This document shows positions 18,680 through 28,411 of a stretch of DNA of 64,000 nt, in pieces. A model generated the notes under the pieces. That model did no database searches. It was not told where the DNA came from and worked only from the letters and a program-made list of their open reading frames with translations. The DNA comes from Nitrososphaeria archaeon. Its GTDB lineage: Archaea > Thermoproteota > Nitrososphaeria > JACIWG01. Location: positions 452,514-516,513 of the forward strand of contig JARVJP010000009.1 in NCBI GenBank assembly GCA_029776065.1. Direction: 5' to 3'. Made by a program: the position numbers and the translations under genes. Numbering within the stretch: the first letter of the stretch is position 1; each line of letters starts with the position of its first letter.

Positions 18680-19639
18680 ATGGAAAGAGAGGATGTCTGC
18701 CCACTTTGTAGAAATAAGCTTCTTTTAGTGGATTACGAGCTAGTTTGCAAATCTTGTGGATATGTAATACAAAATGACCCTGGCCCTTCGCAAACAGTTC
18801 TAAAAAAATATTCGTTAAAGACAGACCTTTTAACACAATCTGAGCTTGGGAGTTATATAGGCACTGTTGATTTCAACTCAAAAGGTATTTGTAGTTTAAA
18901 CATTAGAGAAGGCGGATCAAGCATCAGATACCTTAAAGTCATTTCAGACTATGGGCTTAAGTCTCAAAGAAGCAATGAAGAAAACTATTGTATGAGAATA
19001 CTTTCACGAATCTGTGACAAGCTTGAATTACCAGAAACTGTTTTAGTTCAAGCTCTCCAACTTTCACAAGCTCTCCTAGATATTAGAGATAAGGTAAAGA
19101 GCATCACCATACCTGCAATATGCCTTTACTCCTTGATCGTCGCCTGTAAAAAATTACATGTTAATAAAGTAAATACTAAAAATTTAATGAACGTCTTTAA
19201 GGCATATGGTTACCGGATTAACTTATCGTCGCTTATCAAGATATCTACGGAAGTTAGTGTCCCTATGGTTCCAAAATCGTCTGAAGACTACCTTCCAGTA
19301 ACTATACCTGCTATAGTCACCCATCCGATAGTAAAAGATAAATTGATGAAATATTATATGTCTCCAACGGAATATGAAAGAAAGCTATATCGTAGTGCAG
19401 TGTCGATACTCAGTCGCATTGACAAATGCAAAAGAGGAGGGCATAACCCATACGCGTTGGCTGCTACCTCAATTTATGCTGGAGAGATGGCTTTGTCGAA
19501 GATGGAAAAGCGCCGACCGCTATTCTCCCAACATATCGTATCAGAGTCAGTAGAAGTTGCCGAGTACACAATAAGGGAACAGTATGGAGAATTTTTCAGA
19601 GAAGCTCTTCTATCATTCTTGTCGCAGATTAGCTATTAA
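18680..19639 (+). CDS. divergent TFIIB-like transcription factor (TFB paralogue)
   Basis: N-terminal zinc ribbon CPLC...CKSCG followed by two cyclin-like repeats (ITIPAICLYSLIVACK; RGGHNPYALAATSIYAGEMA). Confidence 0.5.
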   Translation: MEREDVCPLCRNKLLLVDYELVCKSCGYVIQNDPGPSQTVLKKYSLKTDLLTQSELGSYIGTVDFNSKGICSLNIREGGSSIRYLKVISDYGLKSQRSNEENYCMRILSRICDKLELPETVLVQALQLSQALLDIRDKVKSITIPAICLYSLIVACKKLHVNKVNTKNLMNVFKAYGYRINLSSLIKISTEVSVPMVPKSSEDYLPVTIPAIVTHPIVKDKLMKYYMSPTEYERKLYRSAVSILSRIDKCKRGGHNPYALAATSIYAGEMALSKMEKRRPLFSQHIVSESVEVAEYTIREQYGEFFREALLSFLSQISY

Positions 19640-20386
19640 CTCAAAATCTTGATATATGGTCCTGTTCACATACTTCCTGTCTAAAAAGTTTTGAATTAGA
19701 GCTGATAAAGACACTTTGTAAAATATTCTTGCTGAATTGTTTTCTAATCGAATCTCCATTAAAGTTATTTTTACTGGTAGGCTTTCCTGAACATAGAGGA
19801 TAGAATTGGTGAGTATACTTTGTAGCGTATCACTAGAGAGATTATGTTTAATAACTTCCCCCTCAAACGCCTTTCTTCCATTATCGATTGACTCAAGGAG
19901 TTTTCGAAAGTCCACTGGATAACTTATAGTAGCTCGTTCTCTGCCAGTATACTTTTCTCCTAGGTTGTTGGTAATGAAGTAAAATATGTTGAGAACAAAT
20001 GTTGTCCCTTGATAGGTAGGTAACCCATTTAACTTATCAACATCAAATCCTCCCAAATCACTGAGAGAGGCCTTCCCAACAACATTAATTATGTAATCAT
20101 CTATTATATATGTGTTTGATATAGTTTTCCCAATTAAGATAGATAGTACCTCATTGTAATTGATTGTTTGCTTCTCGTTTACGATCTTGTCAATGGATTT
20201 CAAAAAACTGATGGCTATATTGACCTCTGACTCATAGAGCTTTATTTCTAGGATCCTCATTCTTGTTAACGATTCGTAATGGTTTAAAATCTGCTTCTTA
20301 GATTCAAGTACGATTGTTGAGCAAATTAGAAGGTTAGAGAGCAATATCAAAACTGTTAGTGTGTTTAAAACCGCTCTCCTACCCAA
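19613..20386 (-). CDS. pilin/pseudopilin-like protein with an N-terminal TM helix (hypothetical)
   Basis: MGRRAVLNTLTVLILLSNLLICSTIV then a soluble domain. It is the last of four same-strand genes upstream of the pilus ATPase. Confidence 0.3.
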   Translation of the reverse strand: MGRRAVLNTLTVLILLSNLLICSTIVLESKKQILNHYESLTRMRILEIKLYESEVNIAISFLKSIDKIVNEKQTINYNEVLSILIGKTISNTYIIDDYIINVVGKASLSDLGGFDVDKLNGLPTYQGTTFVLNIFYFITNNLGEKYTGRERATISYPVDFRKLLESIDNGRKAFEGEVIKHNLSSDTLQSILTNSILYVQESLPVKITLMEIRLENNSARIFYKVSLSALIQNFLDRKYVNRTIYQDFELIANLRQE

Positions 20387-20754
20387 ACTTCAATCACCAA
20401 CTTTTTTTCTAACAAGAAGGTTAGACAGCATAAAGCTTTGTTCTTCAGTTTAAGGTTTTTTGTGGCTATTACTACATCATCGCTTTCTACCTTTATGTAG
20501 ACCGTGTCTTGAAGCCCTTTCTTCGTTAAAAATTCCTCGAGCATTTTATTGGCCTCTCCATTATTTATAGCCTGAATAAGCCTTGGTAGATCATACGTTC
20601 CAAGAAGTTCCATCGCAACCACATATGCTTCATTTCCATTTTCTAATGCGATTTGATAGTCTTGAATGTTGTAGAGGTAAAGATTGTTAAGAATGATCGT
20701 TGTCAAAGTCATTAGTAATAATAAAGCCGAAATCTTATCGAAGAACTTGTACAA
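20365..20754 (-). CDS. pilin/pseudopilin-like protein with an N-terminal TM helix (hypothetical)
   Basis: MYKFFDKISALLLLMTLTTIILNNL... Very AT-rich. Confidence 0.3.
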   Translation of the reverse strand: MYKFFDKISALLLLMTLTTIILNNLYLYNIQDYQIALENGNEAYVVAMELLGTYDLPRLIQAINNGEANKMLEEFLTKKGLQDTVYIKVESDDVVIATKNLKLKNKALCCLTFLLEKKLVIEVWVGERF

Positions 20755-20884
20755 TAGCTTTAAACCCCCTATGCGAATCGTCTAATATCGACTACGATGT
20801 GGAGGATTGTAAATGTGAGAACTAAAAGAACTGTTACTAGAACTATTAAGAATATAACCTCCATAGTGGTGTCCAATATTTTGA

Positions 20885-21253
20885 TCATATGCTTTGCACC
20901 GATATTTTTCCTTTTGACTTGGAGATCAATATTTGCTCTTTAAGCTCAATTGATGAATCATAGAATAAGACTTGGGTATCATATATCACAGTTCTATTAT
21001 CTCCTATATGAAACATTATTTTATGTTCCGATGTTTCTAAAATCGCGCCTCTTTGAAACTTATGTACTATAAAGAGTTTAATAGTCATATTTTCCTTTAA
21101 GTGAAGTGCAGTTTTTTCTATCGCCTTTGCTATGATTTCTCCTTGCGTGTCTATGCATTCTTTGTAGAGATTTTCGTTCAGAGGAGTCATTAAAAGTAGA
21201 ATAAGGAATCCTAAAGTAAGATATAGTGCGAAGTCCCATGCGTTTTCAATCAT
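20885..21253 (-). CDS. pilin/pseudopilin-like protein with an N-terminal TM helix (hypothetical)
   Basis: MIENAWDFALYLTLGFLILLLMT... Confidence 0.3.
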   Translation of the reverse strand: MIENAWDFALYLTLGFLILLLMTPLNENLYKECIDTQGEIIAKAIEKTALHLKENMTIKLFIVHKFQRGAILETSEHKIMFHIGDNRTVIYDTQVLFYDSSIELKEQILISKSKGKISVQSI

Positions 21254-21257
21254 CTCA

Positions 21258-21656
21258 TCAGGCGTCCCGCATCACCAAAATTATTTCGTCCATATAACGT
21301 GAGATTTCAATAACTGTCCTATTACTTTGTTTCCTTTTATCTTTGATTAAGATGTCATAGTCGTAGTTGCCAACATATATGTAACCATCACCCATCTTTA
21401 TCTTTAAATTTTCTCCATCCCATATTAGAGATAACTGACTGGGCAATAGAGTGTAGAGAGTAGCTTCCTGGTTTGTCAGATAAGCCTCCTTTATTCTGGA
21501 ATCAATTTCATCTGCAAGTAGGGCGTACTGTTCATTAACAAGCTTTTGACCTACATTAAAACTTAGACTATACTGTAAAGGATAGAGCGTGGATGCTAAA
21601 ATGAAGCTAATACCTATTATTAGGCATTTCTCAAATATCTCTACCATTTTTTTCAA
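21258..21656 (-). CDS. pilin/pseudopilin-like protein with an N-terminal TM helix (hypothetical)
   Basis: MKKMVEIFEKCLIIGISFILASTLYPL... It is transcribed divergently from the ATPase gene at 21709. Confidence 0.3.
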   Translation of the reverse strand: MKKMVEIFEKCLIIGISFILASTLYPLQYSLSFNVGQKLVNEQYALLADEIDSRIKEAYLTNQEATLYTLLPSQLSLIWDGENLKIKMGDGYIYVGNYDYDILIKDKRKQSNRTVIEISRYMDEIILVMRDA

Positions 21657-21708
21657 GATAATAGGTTATTGGTGTATTTAAGCAGCAACATGTTATCTAT
21701 ATTCATAA

Positions 21709-23259
21709 GTGGGTGTGATGCTCTTCTCTAACTTTTTTAGTGTAAAGAGAAAGCCTGTATTCAGCCAATCACCATTACTGCTTGAACTGTTCACAGAGCG
21801 GTTAGATAGAGCGCAGGTGATCGAAAGTTATCCAGTAGACGTATTTGAAGTATCGCACGTAGTTTTAGATGGTAGGCATTATTATCAAATAACGTGTTCT
21901 AAAGATTTTTTAGAGTTAATGAAAAAGACAAAGATCGTCCTAAATGAAATAGTAGACGATCCCCATATAGTGGAGATCGACTTAATTTCATTCAGCACGA
22001 TCCTTAAACATGTATCTAATATAATATTGCAACATTTAAATAAATACGTTTTAGATGATCATTTAAAAAGGAAGTTAAGTTTAATCTACGCATTTGAATT
22101 TATGAGGCTATCAAGGCTTCTCCCATTGATTCTAGACCATAAGGTCCAAGAGTTTTACTCCGACTCCCCTTGCTCTCGGATATACCTTGATCATGTTGAA
22201 TGGGGGCGTTGCCTAACCAACATACAGCTCACTCAAGAAGAAATTCAAGCCATCACCACCCATATGCAGACCTTTAGTGGTTACTCACTAGATTACACAT
22301 CGAACTCTCTAAAGACTGACTGGCAAATAGATGACATCGTATGTAGAATCTCACTCGATATTGCCCCTCTTTCAGTAACTGGTTTCATATTAGATGCTAG
22401 AAAGATTTCTTCAAAGATTTACACACTACCCGAACTTATTAAATCCGATACTTTATCAAAGGACTTAGCTATCTCTCTTTTGTTCTTCTTGAATCTTGGA
22501 AGAAACTTGACTATCATAGGTGAGACAAACTCAGGTAAAACCACATTGTTGAATTCCTTGGATCTTTTTATATCACCAGAAAAAAGACGGGTTTATGTAG
22601 AAGATGTCCTAGAATCGATGAATTTAATTCATTATAACTATCATCAAGCAAAATACAGAGTTACCCCCTACGACGTAGGTGTAGGTGGAAAGACTAAGAG
22701 CTCTGAAGTTATAAAGATATTGCATCGTTCTCCGAATATTATAGTTCTTGGTGAGATCCAAACTGAGGAGCATAGCCGAGCTCTATTTAGCTCTCTTGCT
22801 TCAGGCATTAGAGGGTTACAGACATTCCATTCAACTTCGGTTGACCAAGCCTTTAGACGTTGGATGTTTTCGCATAAGATAAACCCCGTAAGTTTGAACG
22901 AGTTAGACCTTATTATTTTAATGAATAAGACCTCTAACTTCCCCACAAGAAGGCGAGTTGCTTCAGTTTGTGAGGTGATACCAAGGGATAGTTCAGTATC
23001 AACAGGTTTGCTCCCTCCTTCAATTGACGAAGTTTATACAAGGGATATGAATGGTGAGCTCGTTTGCTTGCGTTCTTTTGATAAAACTCATATGTTTAAA
23101 AAATTATGTGAAGTTTACCCTGAAACCTATTTGAGACAGCTTTATGAAAGAATGTACCAGTTGCTCTCGCCGCTCCTTGATGAGAATATGGACTTTAGCA
23201 CATTAGTAACAGAGGTATCTGATTTATGGTGTAAGTTAAATGAGCAATTTCATATCTGA
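21709..23259 (+). CDS. type II/IV secretion-system ATPase (FlaI/TadA/VirB11 family)
   Basis: Walker A GETNSGKTTLLNSL, an Asp/Glu box region and a His box. 516 aa with a long N-terminal domain. Confidence 0.85.
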   Translation: MGVMLFSNFFSVKRKPVFSQSPLLLELFTERLDRAQVIESYPVDVFEVSHVVLDGRHYYQITCSKDFLELMKKTKIVLNEIVDDPHIVEIDLISFSTILKHVSNIILQHLNKYVLDDHLKRKLSLIYAFEFMRLSRLLPLILDHKVQEFYSDSPCSRIYLDHVEWGRCLTNIQLTQEEIQAITTHMQTFSGYSLDYTSNSLKTDWQIDDIVCRISLDIAPLSVTGFILDARKISSKIYTLPELIKSDTLSKDLAISLLFFLNLGRNLTIIGETNSGKTTLLNSLDLFISPEKRRVYVEDVLESMNLIHYNYHQAKYRVTPYDVGVGGKTKSSEVIKILHRSPNIIVLGEIQTEEHSRALFSSLASGIRGLQTFHSTSVDQAFRRWMFSHKINPVSLNELDLIILMNKTSNFPTRRRVASVCEVIPRDSSVSTGLLPPSIDEVYTRDMNGELVCLRSFDKTHMFKKLCEVYPETYLRQLYERMYQLLSPLLDENMDFSTLVTEVSDLWCKLNEQFHI

Positions 23260-23971
23260 ACTTAGAGAAGCGTATAATTATTGTGGTACGAATTTTAGAA
23301 GACATGTTGTAATGTCGTTTTCTACGTCCATCAGCATCTTTATTGTTTGTATGATACTTCTTCCTCTTTCTGATTTAATATTGAAAACATTTCTATCCTC
23401 TATGTTATTTATTCTATGCTTCTACTTGTTGGTCACATATCCATACCTAAAATATTCCCAACATCGCTTCCTTATTTCTTATTATGGATTCTTAGCCCTC
23501 TCTGATTTGAATGTAATAACAGAGTTTTCCTCACTCTTCCATGCGTGTTATCATCTTCTCTTAGCCGACTACCCAATAATTTCAAACTTGTTCAGGAAGG
23601 TAGTTGTTGACGGTATTAGAGGAGAAGATCTTTTTAAACGCCTAAAGGAAGTAGCATATATTCAACCTTCTACTCAGTTTAAAGAAGGCCTTCTATCTAT
23701 TTTGATCGATTTAAGTCCGGATAAAAGCGGCCGCTTAAAGCTTAATGATGAAGCTATCCAAATTTATAAGAATCTTTCTTCTCAAATAGAAATGAGGTTT
23801 TCTATTATAATGGGGGTGACCTTTTTTGCGCCAATTCTCCTTATATTGTTTATTTCAATGTATGTTCAAACCGTGTTTGAAGTAATCGTGTTCGTTGCTT
23901 TTAGCATCTTCTTTTTGAGTCTAGTTTATATGGTTCTCACTAGAAGTCTTAGCAAACATAAAATGGTGTAA
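23240..23971 (+). CDS. TadB/TadC (GspF/FlaJ-like) polytopic membrane protein, first half
   Basis: Multi-TM protein immediately downstream of the ATPase, overlapping it by 20 nt. Confidence 0.5.
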   Translation: MSNFISELREAYNYCGTNFRRHVVMSFSTSISIFIVCMILLPLSDLILKTFLSSMLFILCFYLLVTYPYLKYSQHRFLISYYGFLALSDLNVITEFSSLFHACYHLLLADYPIISNLFRKVVVDGIRGEDLFKRLKEVAYIQPSTQFKEGLLSILIDLSPDKSGRLKLNDEAIQIYKNLSSQIEMRFSIIMGVTFFAPILLILFISMYVQTVFEVIVFVAFSIFFLSLVYMVLTRSLSKHKMV

Positions 23972-23974
23972 TAA

Positions 23975-24619
23975 TTGACTATTTTTCTATCTGGTAAAAG
24001 GAAGTTTTACAAATTTGATGATATTGCCTTTTTAGAAGAACTATCTAAGAGGCTTGTCGAAGGTTGTAGTTTTGAACGCGCATTGTTTGATACGATCCGA
24101 ACTTTGCCCGACAGGTCTTTAAGGAAAAGAATCATCTACCTCATGATGGGTGAAAAAGCGGACAAGGTTATGAATCATCTACCATTCACCAGTGGCCTTC
24201 CTCTATTTTTGGTCGATTTAGTTAAAGTACGTTCTACTTACGCAGGAAAGATAACAAAAGAACTTACAACTATACTTTTAACGAATAGAAGATACGCGAA
24301 GGAGCGTAATAACCTTTTGAATGTTCTTTATTATCGATGTTTGCTAGTTTCATGTCTTCTCGGTCTAACCATGGCCTTTTTATCGCAACTCTCTCCAATT
24401 TTATCTATATTTTATAATTTTGACCTATCCCTCCATATCTCACATGCTGATTCAATAGGAGTGCTTCCTGCTTCGTTTATTCTAGGTTTGTTTGCCACTT
24501 TAATCCTAAATCTTATTTTTAGGAAAGCAAAGACATTACTCAGCCTTTTCCTATTTTCATTGTTCTTTTATATAGGATATCACCTGTCTTCTCCTATCGC
24601 CCTTATCCTGAATTTATGA
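23975..24619 (+). CDS. TadB/TadC (GspF-like) membrane protein, second half
   Basis: GCSFERALFDTIRTLPDRSLRKRIIYLMMGEKADKV matches the T2SSF cytoplasmic-domain signature (G.sl.eal...GE..G). C-terminal TM helices. Confidence 0.55.
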   Translation: MTIFLSGKRKFYKFDDIAFLEELSKRLVEGCSFERALFDTIRTLPDRSLRKRIIYLMMGEKADKVMNHLPFTSGLPLFLVDLVKVRSTYAGKITKELTTILLTNRRYAKERNNLLNVLYYRCLLVSCLLGLTMAFLSQLSPILSIFYNFDLSLHISHADSIGVLPASFILGLFATLILNLIFRKAKTLLSLFLFSLFFYIGYHLSSPIALILNL

Positions 24620-24654
24620 TGTTGGTGATTAAATAAAGTATCAGCCTGTTTTCT

Positions 24655-24876
24655 TTGATAAAAATGGTCATTAAAAATGCTGGTAAATGTTTTAAGAAGC
24701 ATGCGATACAACTCGTCGAAGAAGCGATATTAATTTCAGTCGCCTTAATCATCTTAAGCTTAGTGATAGGTGGTGTTGAATCCATTTTAGAAAAGGTCTC
24801 ACAGTTGACTGTTTCCCTTTGGGATTCGATCTCAAAGTCTATCGAAGATCTCTTCGGATTTCTTTGGAAATGGTAA
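24655..24876 (+). CDS. Flp-like small pilin (class III signal peptide candidate)
   Basis: 73 aa: a basic stretch (KKHA) then IQLVEEAILISVALIILSLVIGGV, a hydrophobic helix with Glu near its start, similar to Flp/Tad pilins. Confidence 0.35.
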   Translation: MIKMVIKNAGKCFKKHAIQLVEEAILISVALIILSLVIGGVESILEKVSQLTVSLWDSISKSIEDLFGFLWKW

Positions 24877-24906
24877 AGCCTCTATCTCTTTCGAAAGGTT
24901 AGACTA

Positions 24907-26646
24907 ATGATAGAAGTAATCGATAAAAAATTCATTTGTATAAAGAGGAAAGACAAGTTAAGGCTTTATATGGTAATACAGCTTAAACCAAAGCAGCTTG
25001 TTCAAAGCAAGAAAGATTATATAGACGTACCTTCTGCTGAGGTCATAGTTTCCTATAGGAAGGCTATTGGTTTCTTTGAAGGAATTTACAAGGCTAACAT
25101 TCCCTTGCTCTACCTTGTATCAATTTCTTCTAAACCACAATCCGCGATTCAGAAAATAGTTAGCAGAGCCATCAAGAGTAGCGACGAGGAATTAACTGAA
25201 ATGTTCGAACAAGCCGTTTTTTCTATAACTTGGGCATCAGGTTCTTCATCTAAGTTAGACTCACTTAAATCTGACCTTGAACAAAGGTCACGAATTCTTT
25301 GCACAGCTATGAGCATCGGCTACGAGGACTTCACCCCTGAAGTTCTTCGAGGGCGGCACCTTGAAAGTTTTGTAAAGTTCCTGATCGAACCTGATGGTTC
25401 ATTTGAAGATTCAGAAGAGGTAGGAGTGTCTAAGCTCCCTTTCCTTCTACAATATTCTTCTCTCCTGCCAACAACGTCTTCAACAGAAAACATTCCTCCT
25501 TTTTATATACCTAATTTTGATGAATCAGGTTCTGAAGGGATTTGTATAGGTAATGTGAAGTCTTCTACTGGCAAAGCTCATAAATTTTTCTTACAAGAAA
25601 ACGATTTCTCACAACACCTTTGTGTAGTTGGTATGACCGGTTCCGGTAAATCTACCACCTGCAAATTGATTCTATCACAGATGATAAGAATGGGAAGAAA
25701 GGTGTTGGTATTTGATTGGCATAACGAGTACAGTGAATTCTTTAGAGAGATAAATGGTCAAGTACTCAATATGGGAAAGGATAACTCATGTGTACTGAAC
25801 CCTCTCGAAGCTATCAACACAACTGACGTATATGAACATATCGCGCTTATAACTGATATATTTTCTGAAATCTACAGGTTTACAAGCCCTCAGTCTTTTA
25901 CATTTAGAACTGCATTAATGAACCTATATGGTGATAGGAACAGAGGATACTCGCGCTCCCCAATTCTATCGAATTTAGTCGATCAGATAGAATCCACTCC
26001 TATAAAATCTGCTTATGACACAGAAACAAAGATGGCTTTGCTTAGAAGGTTGATCCCACTGACACAAGGGCAAGCAGGTCTGGCTTTGAACGGAGAAAAC
26101 ACAGTTTCAATACAGTCACTTCTTGCAGGTAATGTATGTGTAGAGCTAGGCCATTTCAGAGACTTCGAAACTAGGGCAATATTCACATCCATACTTTTAA
26201 AGATGGTTTACGATTATAGACTACTGTCCGGTCTATCGACACCACCTCATACGACGATAATTGAGGAATCGAGAGCAATTGTACCATCAAGAAGAGTTGA
26301 AGACCCCCCATCAATAGGAGAGAAGATGGTCGCAGAACTAAGGAAGTTTGGTGAATGTATGATCTTTATAGCGCAGTACCCAACCCAAATATCTACTGAG
26401 ATAATAAAGAATTCTGGTTTAAGGATCATCCATAAGATTTCATGGCTTGAAGATATGCGCATACTAAGAGAGACACTTGGGTTAAGTGAGGAACAAGTTA
26501 AGTTCTTATCGTCTTTAAAGACCGGTGAAGCCATTGTAAGTATTGGGCGGATTAGAGCACCTTTCTTGGTATCAGTTGACGCGTCATCAGTAGTAGGAGT
26601 CTGGAAAGATTCGTCTGAGGTCACCTTTCTTTCTAACAAGCTCTAA
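24907..26646 (+). CDS. DUF87-type HerA/VirB4/CedB-like hexameric ATPase
   Basis: Walker A CVVGMTGSGKST followed by VFDWHNEYSEF (D-x-H-x-EY, typical of HerA/DUF87). 579 aa. Confidence 0.65.
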   Translation: MIEVIDKKFICIKRKDKLRLYMVIQLKPKQLVQSKKDYIDVPSAEVIVSYRKAIGFFEGIYKANIPLLYLVSISSKPQSAIQKIVSRAIKSSDEELTEMFEQAVFSITWASGSSSKLDSLKSDLEQRSRILCTAMSIGYEDFTPEVLRGRHLESFVKFLIEPDGSFEDSEEVGVSKLPFLLQYSSLLPTTSSTENIPPFYIPNFDESGSEGICIGNVKSSTGKAHKFFLQENDFSQHLCVVGMTGSGKSTTCKLILSQMIRMGRKVLVFDWHNEYSEFFREINGQVLNMGKDNSCVLNPLEAINTTDVYEHIALITDIFSEIYRFTSPQSFTFRTALMNLYGDRNRGYSRSPILSNLVDQIESTPIKSAYDTETKMALLRRLIPLTQGQAGLALNGENTVSIQSLLAGNVCVELGHFRDFETRAIFTSILLKMVYDYRLLSGLSTPPHTTIIEESRAIVPSRRVEDPPSIGEKMVAELRKFGECMIFIAQYPTQISTEIIKNSGLRIIHKISWLEDMRILRETLGLSEEQVKFLSSLKTGEAIVSIGRIRAPFLVSVDASSVVGVWKDSSEVTFLSNKL

Positions 26647-27177
26647 CCAGTCTATATCTAAACCATCGTACTTCGACCGACCTTTTAGTACAGATAAAGC
26701 CTCTCTAGTAACGTCATCAAGCATCTTCGTAGAGGTATCAATAACATGAATCTTATCTATTCCATACCTTTTAATGGAATCAATATAGGTCGTACCAAGT
26801 ACTTCCGCCCCAACATTCATCAGAACCTTCTTTTCAGCGTATTTCCTCTCTTTTAGCCTTTCCTCAAGAACATAAGGGTTACAACGTAATATAAATACGA
26901 TATCTAAATCCTTTTTTGATGTAACATATGGTAGGAGATGGCCGACGATTATGAATTTATCTTCAATAATCTCTTTCTGCACGATCCTCCTAAGTTTGGC
27001 TGTGTCTGCTATTATTCCATACTTATCTCTACCCGATATCGCTCCCCTTGATATACATAGGTAGTTTAAGTTGACTACTCTAAAGGCTGTCTTTCGAGAG
27101 AGCGCCTTTGCCAAAGTCTTCTTTCCAGTGGCAGGTGAGCCAGTGATCCCTATGCGTTGATACCAACTTTTGTACAA
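26587..27177 (-). CDS. Fap7/AK6-like adenylate kinase family NTPase
   Basis: P-loop GITGSPATGKKTLAKAL near the N-terminus, 196 aa. It overlaps the preceding gene convergently by 60 nt. Confidence 0.65.
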   Translation of the reverse strand: MYKSWYQRIGITGSPATGKKTLAKALSRKTAFRVVNLNYLCISRGAISGRDKYGIIADTAKLRRIVQKEIIEDKFIIVGHLLPYVTSKKDLDIVFILRCNPYVLEERLKERKYAEKKVLMNVGAEVLGTTYIDSIKRYGIDKIHVIDTSTKMLDDVTREALSVLKGRSKYDGLDIDWLELVRKKGDLRRIFPDSYY

Positions 27178-27180
27178 AAT

Positions 27181-27348
27181 TTAATCTACTGTCTGTTGGC
27201 GGATGAATGTTGGTGAATACTCGATGACCAACACTGAGTGACACTTTTGGCATACTCCGTGAAGGTATATTGACTTAATCTTAGTACCCTTTAAGTCGAG
27301 TTGTTGATCGATAACGATTTCAGTTGAACCACAAACGGGGCATTTCAT
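27181..27348 (-). CDS. small zinc-ribbon protein (55 aa)
   Basis: Not in the ORF track. My translation is MKCPVCGSTEIVIDQQLDLKGTKIKSIYLHGVCQKCHSVLVIEYSPTFIRQQTVD, with CxxC...CxxC. Confidence 0.35.
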   Translation of the reverse strand: MKCPVCGSTEIVIDQQLDLKGTKIKSIYLHGVCQKCHSVLVIEYSPTFIRQQTVD

Positions 27349-27454
27349 ATATTCCACCACCTTCCTTGGCTATCCTCATGTATATCAAATTTTTAATCTT
27401 TTCCCTCGATCTAATTTTAATCAAAAAAGTATTTTAACATGATTTCTCCCTTCA

Positions 27455-28411
27455 ATGTTGTTTAACTTGATTCCGATCGATGAAGATAAGGTAATAAAGG
27501 CGGTGGAAAGGGCAAGTCGTTTTGTTGTCAGCGTCAATACCATAACATTAGTATCTGACTTTCTCTTTCACAGCATGCCAGTTAGTGGGCTAGGCTCGGG
27601 GATCGTCTTCAGCTCTGAAGGTTATATTGTAACCAATAACCATGTTATCTCTAATGCGAGAAAGGTCTCTGTTACATTGTTTAATGGTAGGGTTCAAGAA
27701 GGTACAATAGTTGGAAGTGATGTGTTGACCGATGTCGCTGTTGTTAAGGTTCCTAAGAGTGATCTGACTGCTGCTGAGTTCTACGACTCTGATATGCTTA
27801 AAGTTGGGCAGTTCGTTCTTGCGCTTGGTAACCCCTTCGGCTTAGCTGGAGGGCCTACAGTAACAGCTGGTGTGATAAGTGCGTTGAAAAGAAGAATTCA
27901 AGCGCAGGGTGGTCCTTTGATCGAGGACTTGATACAGACCGATGCCGCTATCAATCCCGGAAATAGTGGTGGTCCTCTAGTCAACCTGGAGGGGCAGGTT
28001 GTTGCTATGAGCACCGCTATTATCCCATACGCTCAAGGCATCGGTTTCGCAATTACAAGTAATACAATTAAGAGAGTTACTGATGAGATAATAAGATATG
28101 GGCGTGTGATAAGGCCTTGGCTAGGGATAAATGGTATTGATATGAACCGGGGTATAGCTGAATACTATAATCTTGCGGTCGACTTTGGCGTCCTTGTTGT
28201 CTCAGTTGTGAGCGGAAGCCCAGCTGATTATGCGGGCCTTAATGAAGGCGACATAATCGTACAAGTCGATAAGGAAAGAGTTTTATCTCTAAGCGACCTT
28301 TTAAAACAGCTTTGGAAAAGACGAGCAGGGGAGGAGGTCGCACTACGCGTAATAAGAGGTGAAAGAGAGTTTATTTCTAAAGCAAGGCTTGCTGAATCGC
28401 CTATAAGCTAA
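27455..28411 (+). CDS. htrA: HtrA/DegP-like serine protease with a PDZ domain
   Basis: Catalytic triad context TNNHVI, D, GNSGGPLVN, and a C-terminal PDZ. Confidence 0.9.
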   Translation: MLFNLIPIDEDKVIKAVERASRFVVSVNTITLVSDFLFHSMPVSGLGSGIVFSSEGYIVTNNHVISNARKVSVTLFNGRVQEGTIVGSDVLTDVAVVKVPKSDLTAAEFYDSDMLKVGQFVLALGNPFGLAGGPTVTAGVISALKRRIQAQGGPLIEDLIQTDAAINPGNSGGPLVNLEGQVVAMSTAIIPYAQGIGFAITSNTIKRVTDEIIRYGRVIRPWLGINGIDMNRGIAEYYNLAVDFGVLVVSVVSGSPADYAGLNEGDIIVQVDKERVLSLSDLLKQLWKRRAGEEVALRVIRGEREFISKARLAESPIS

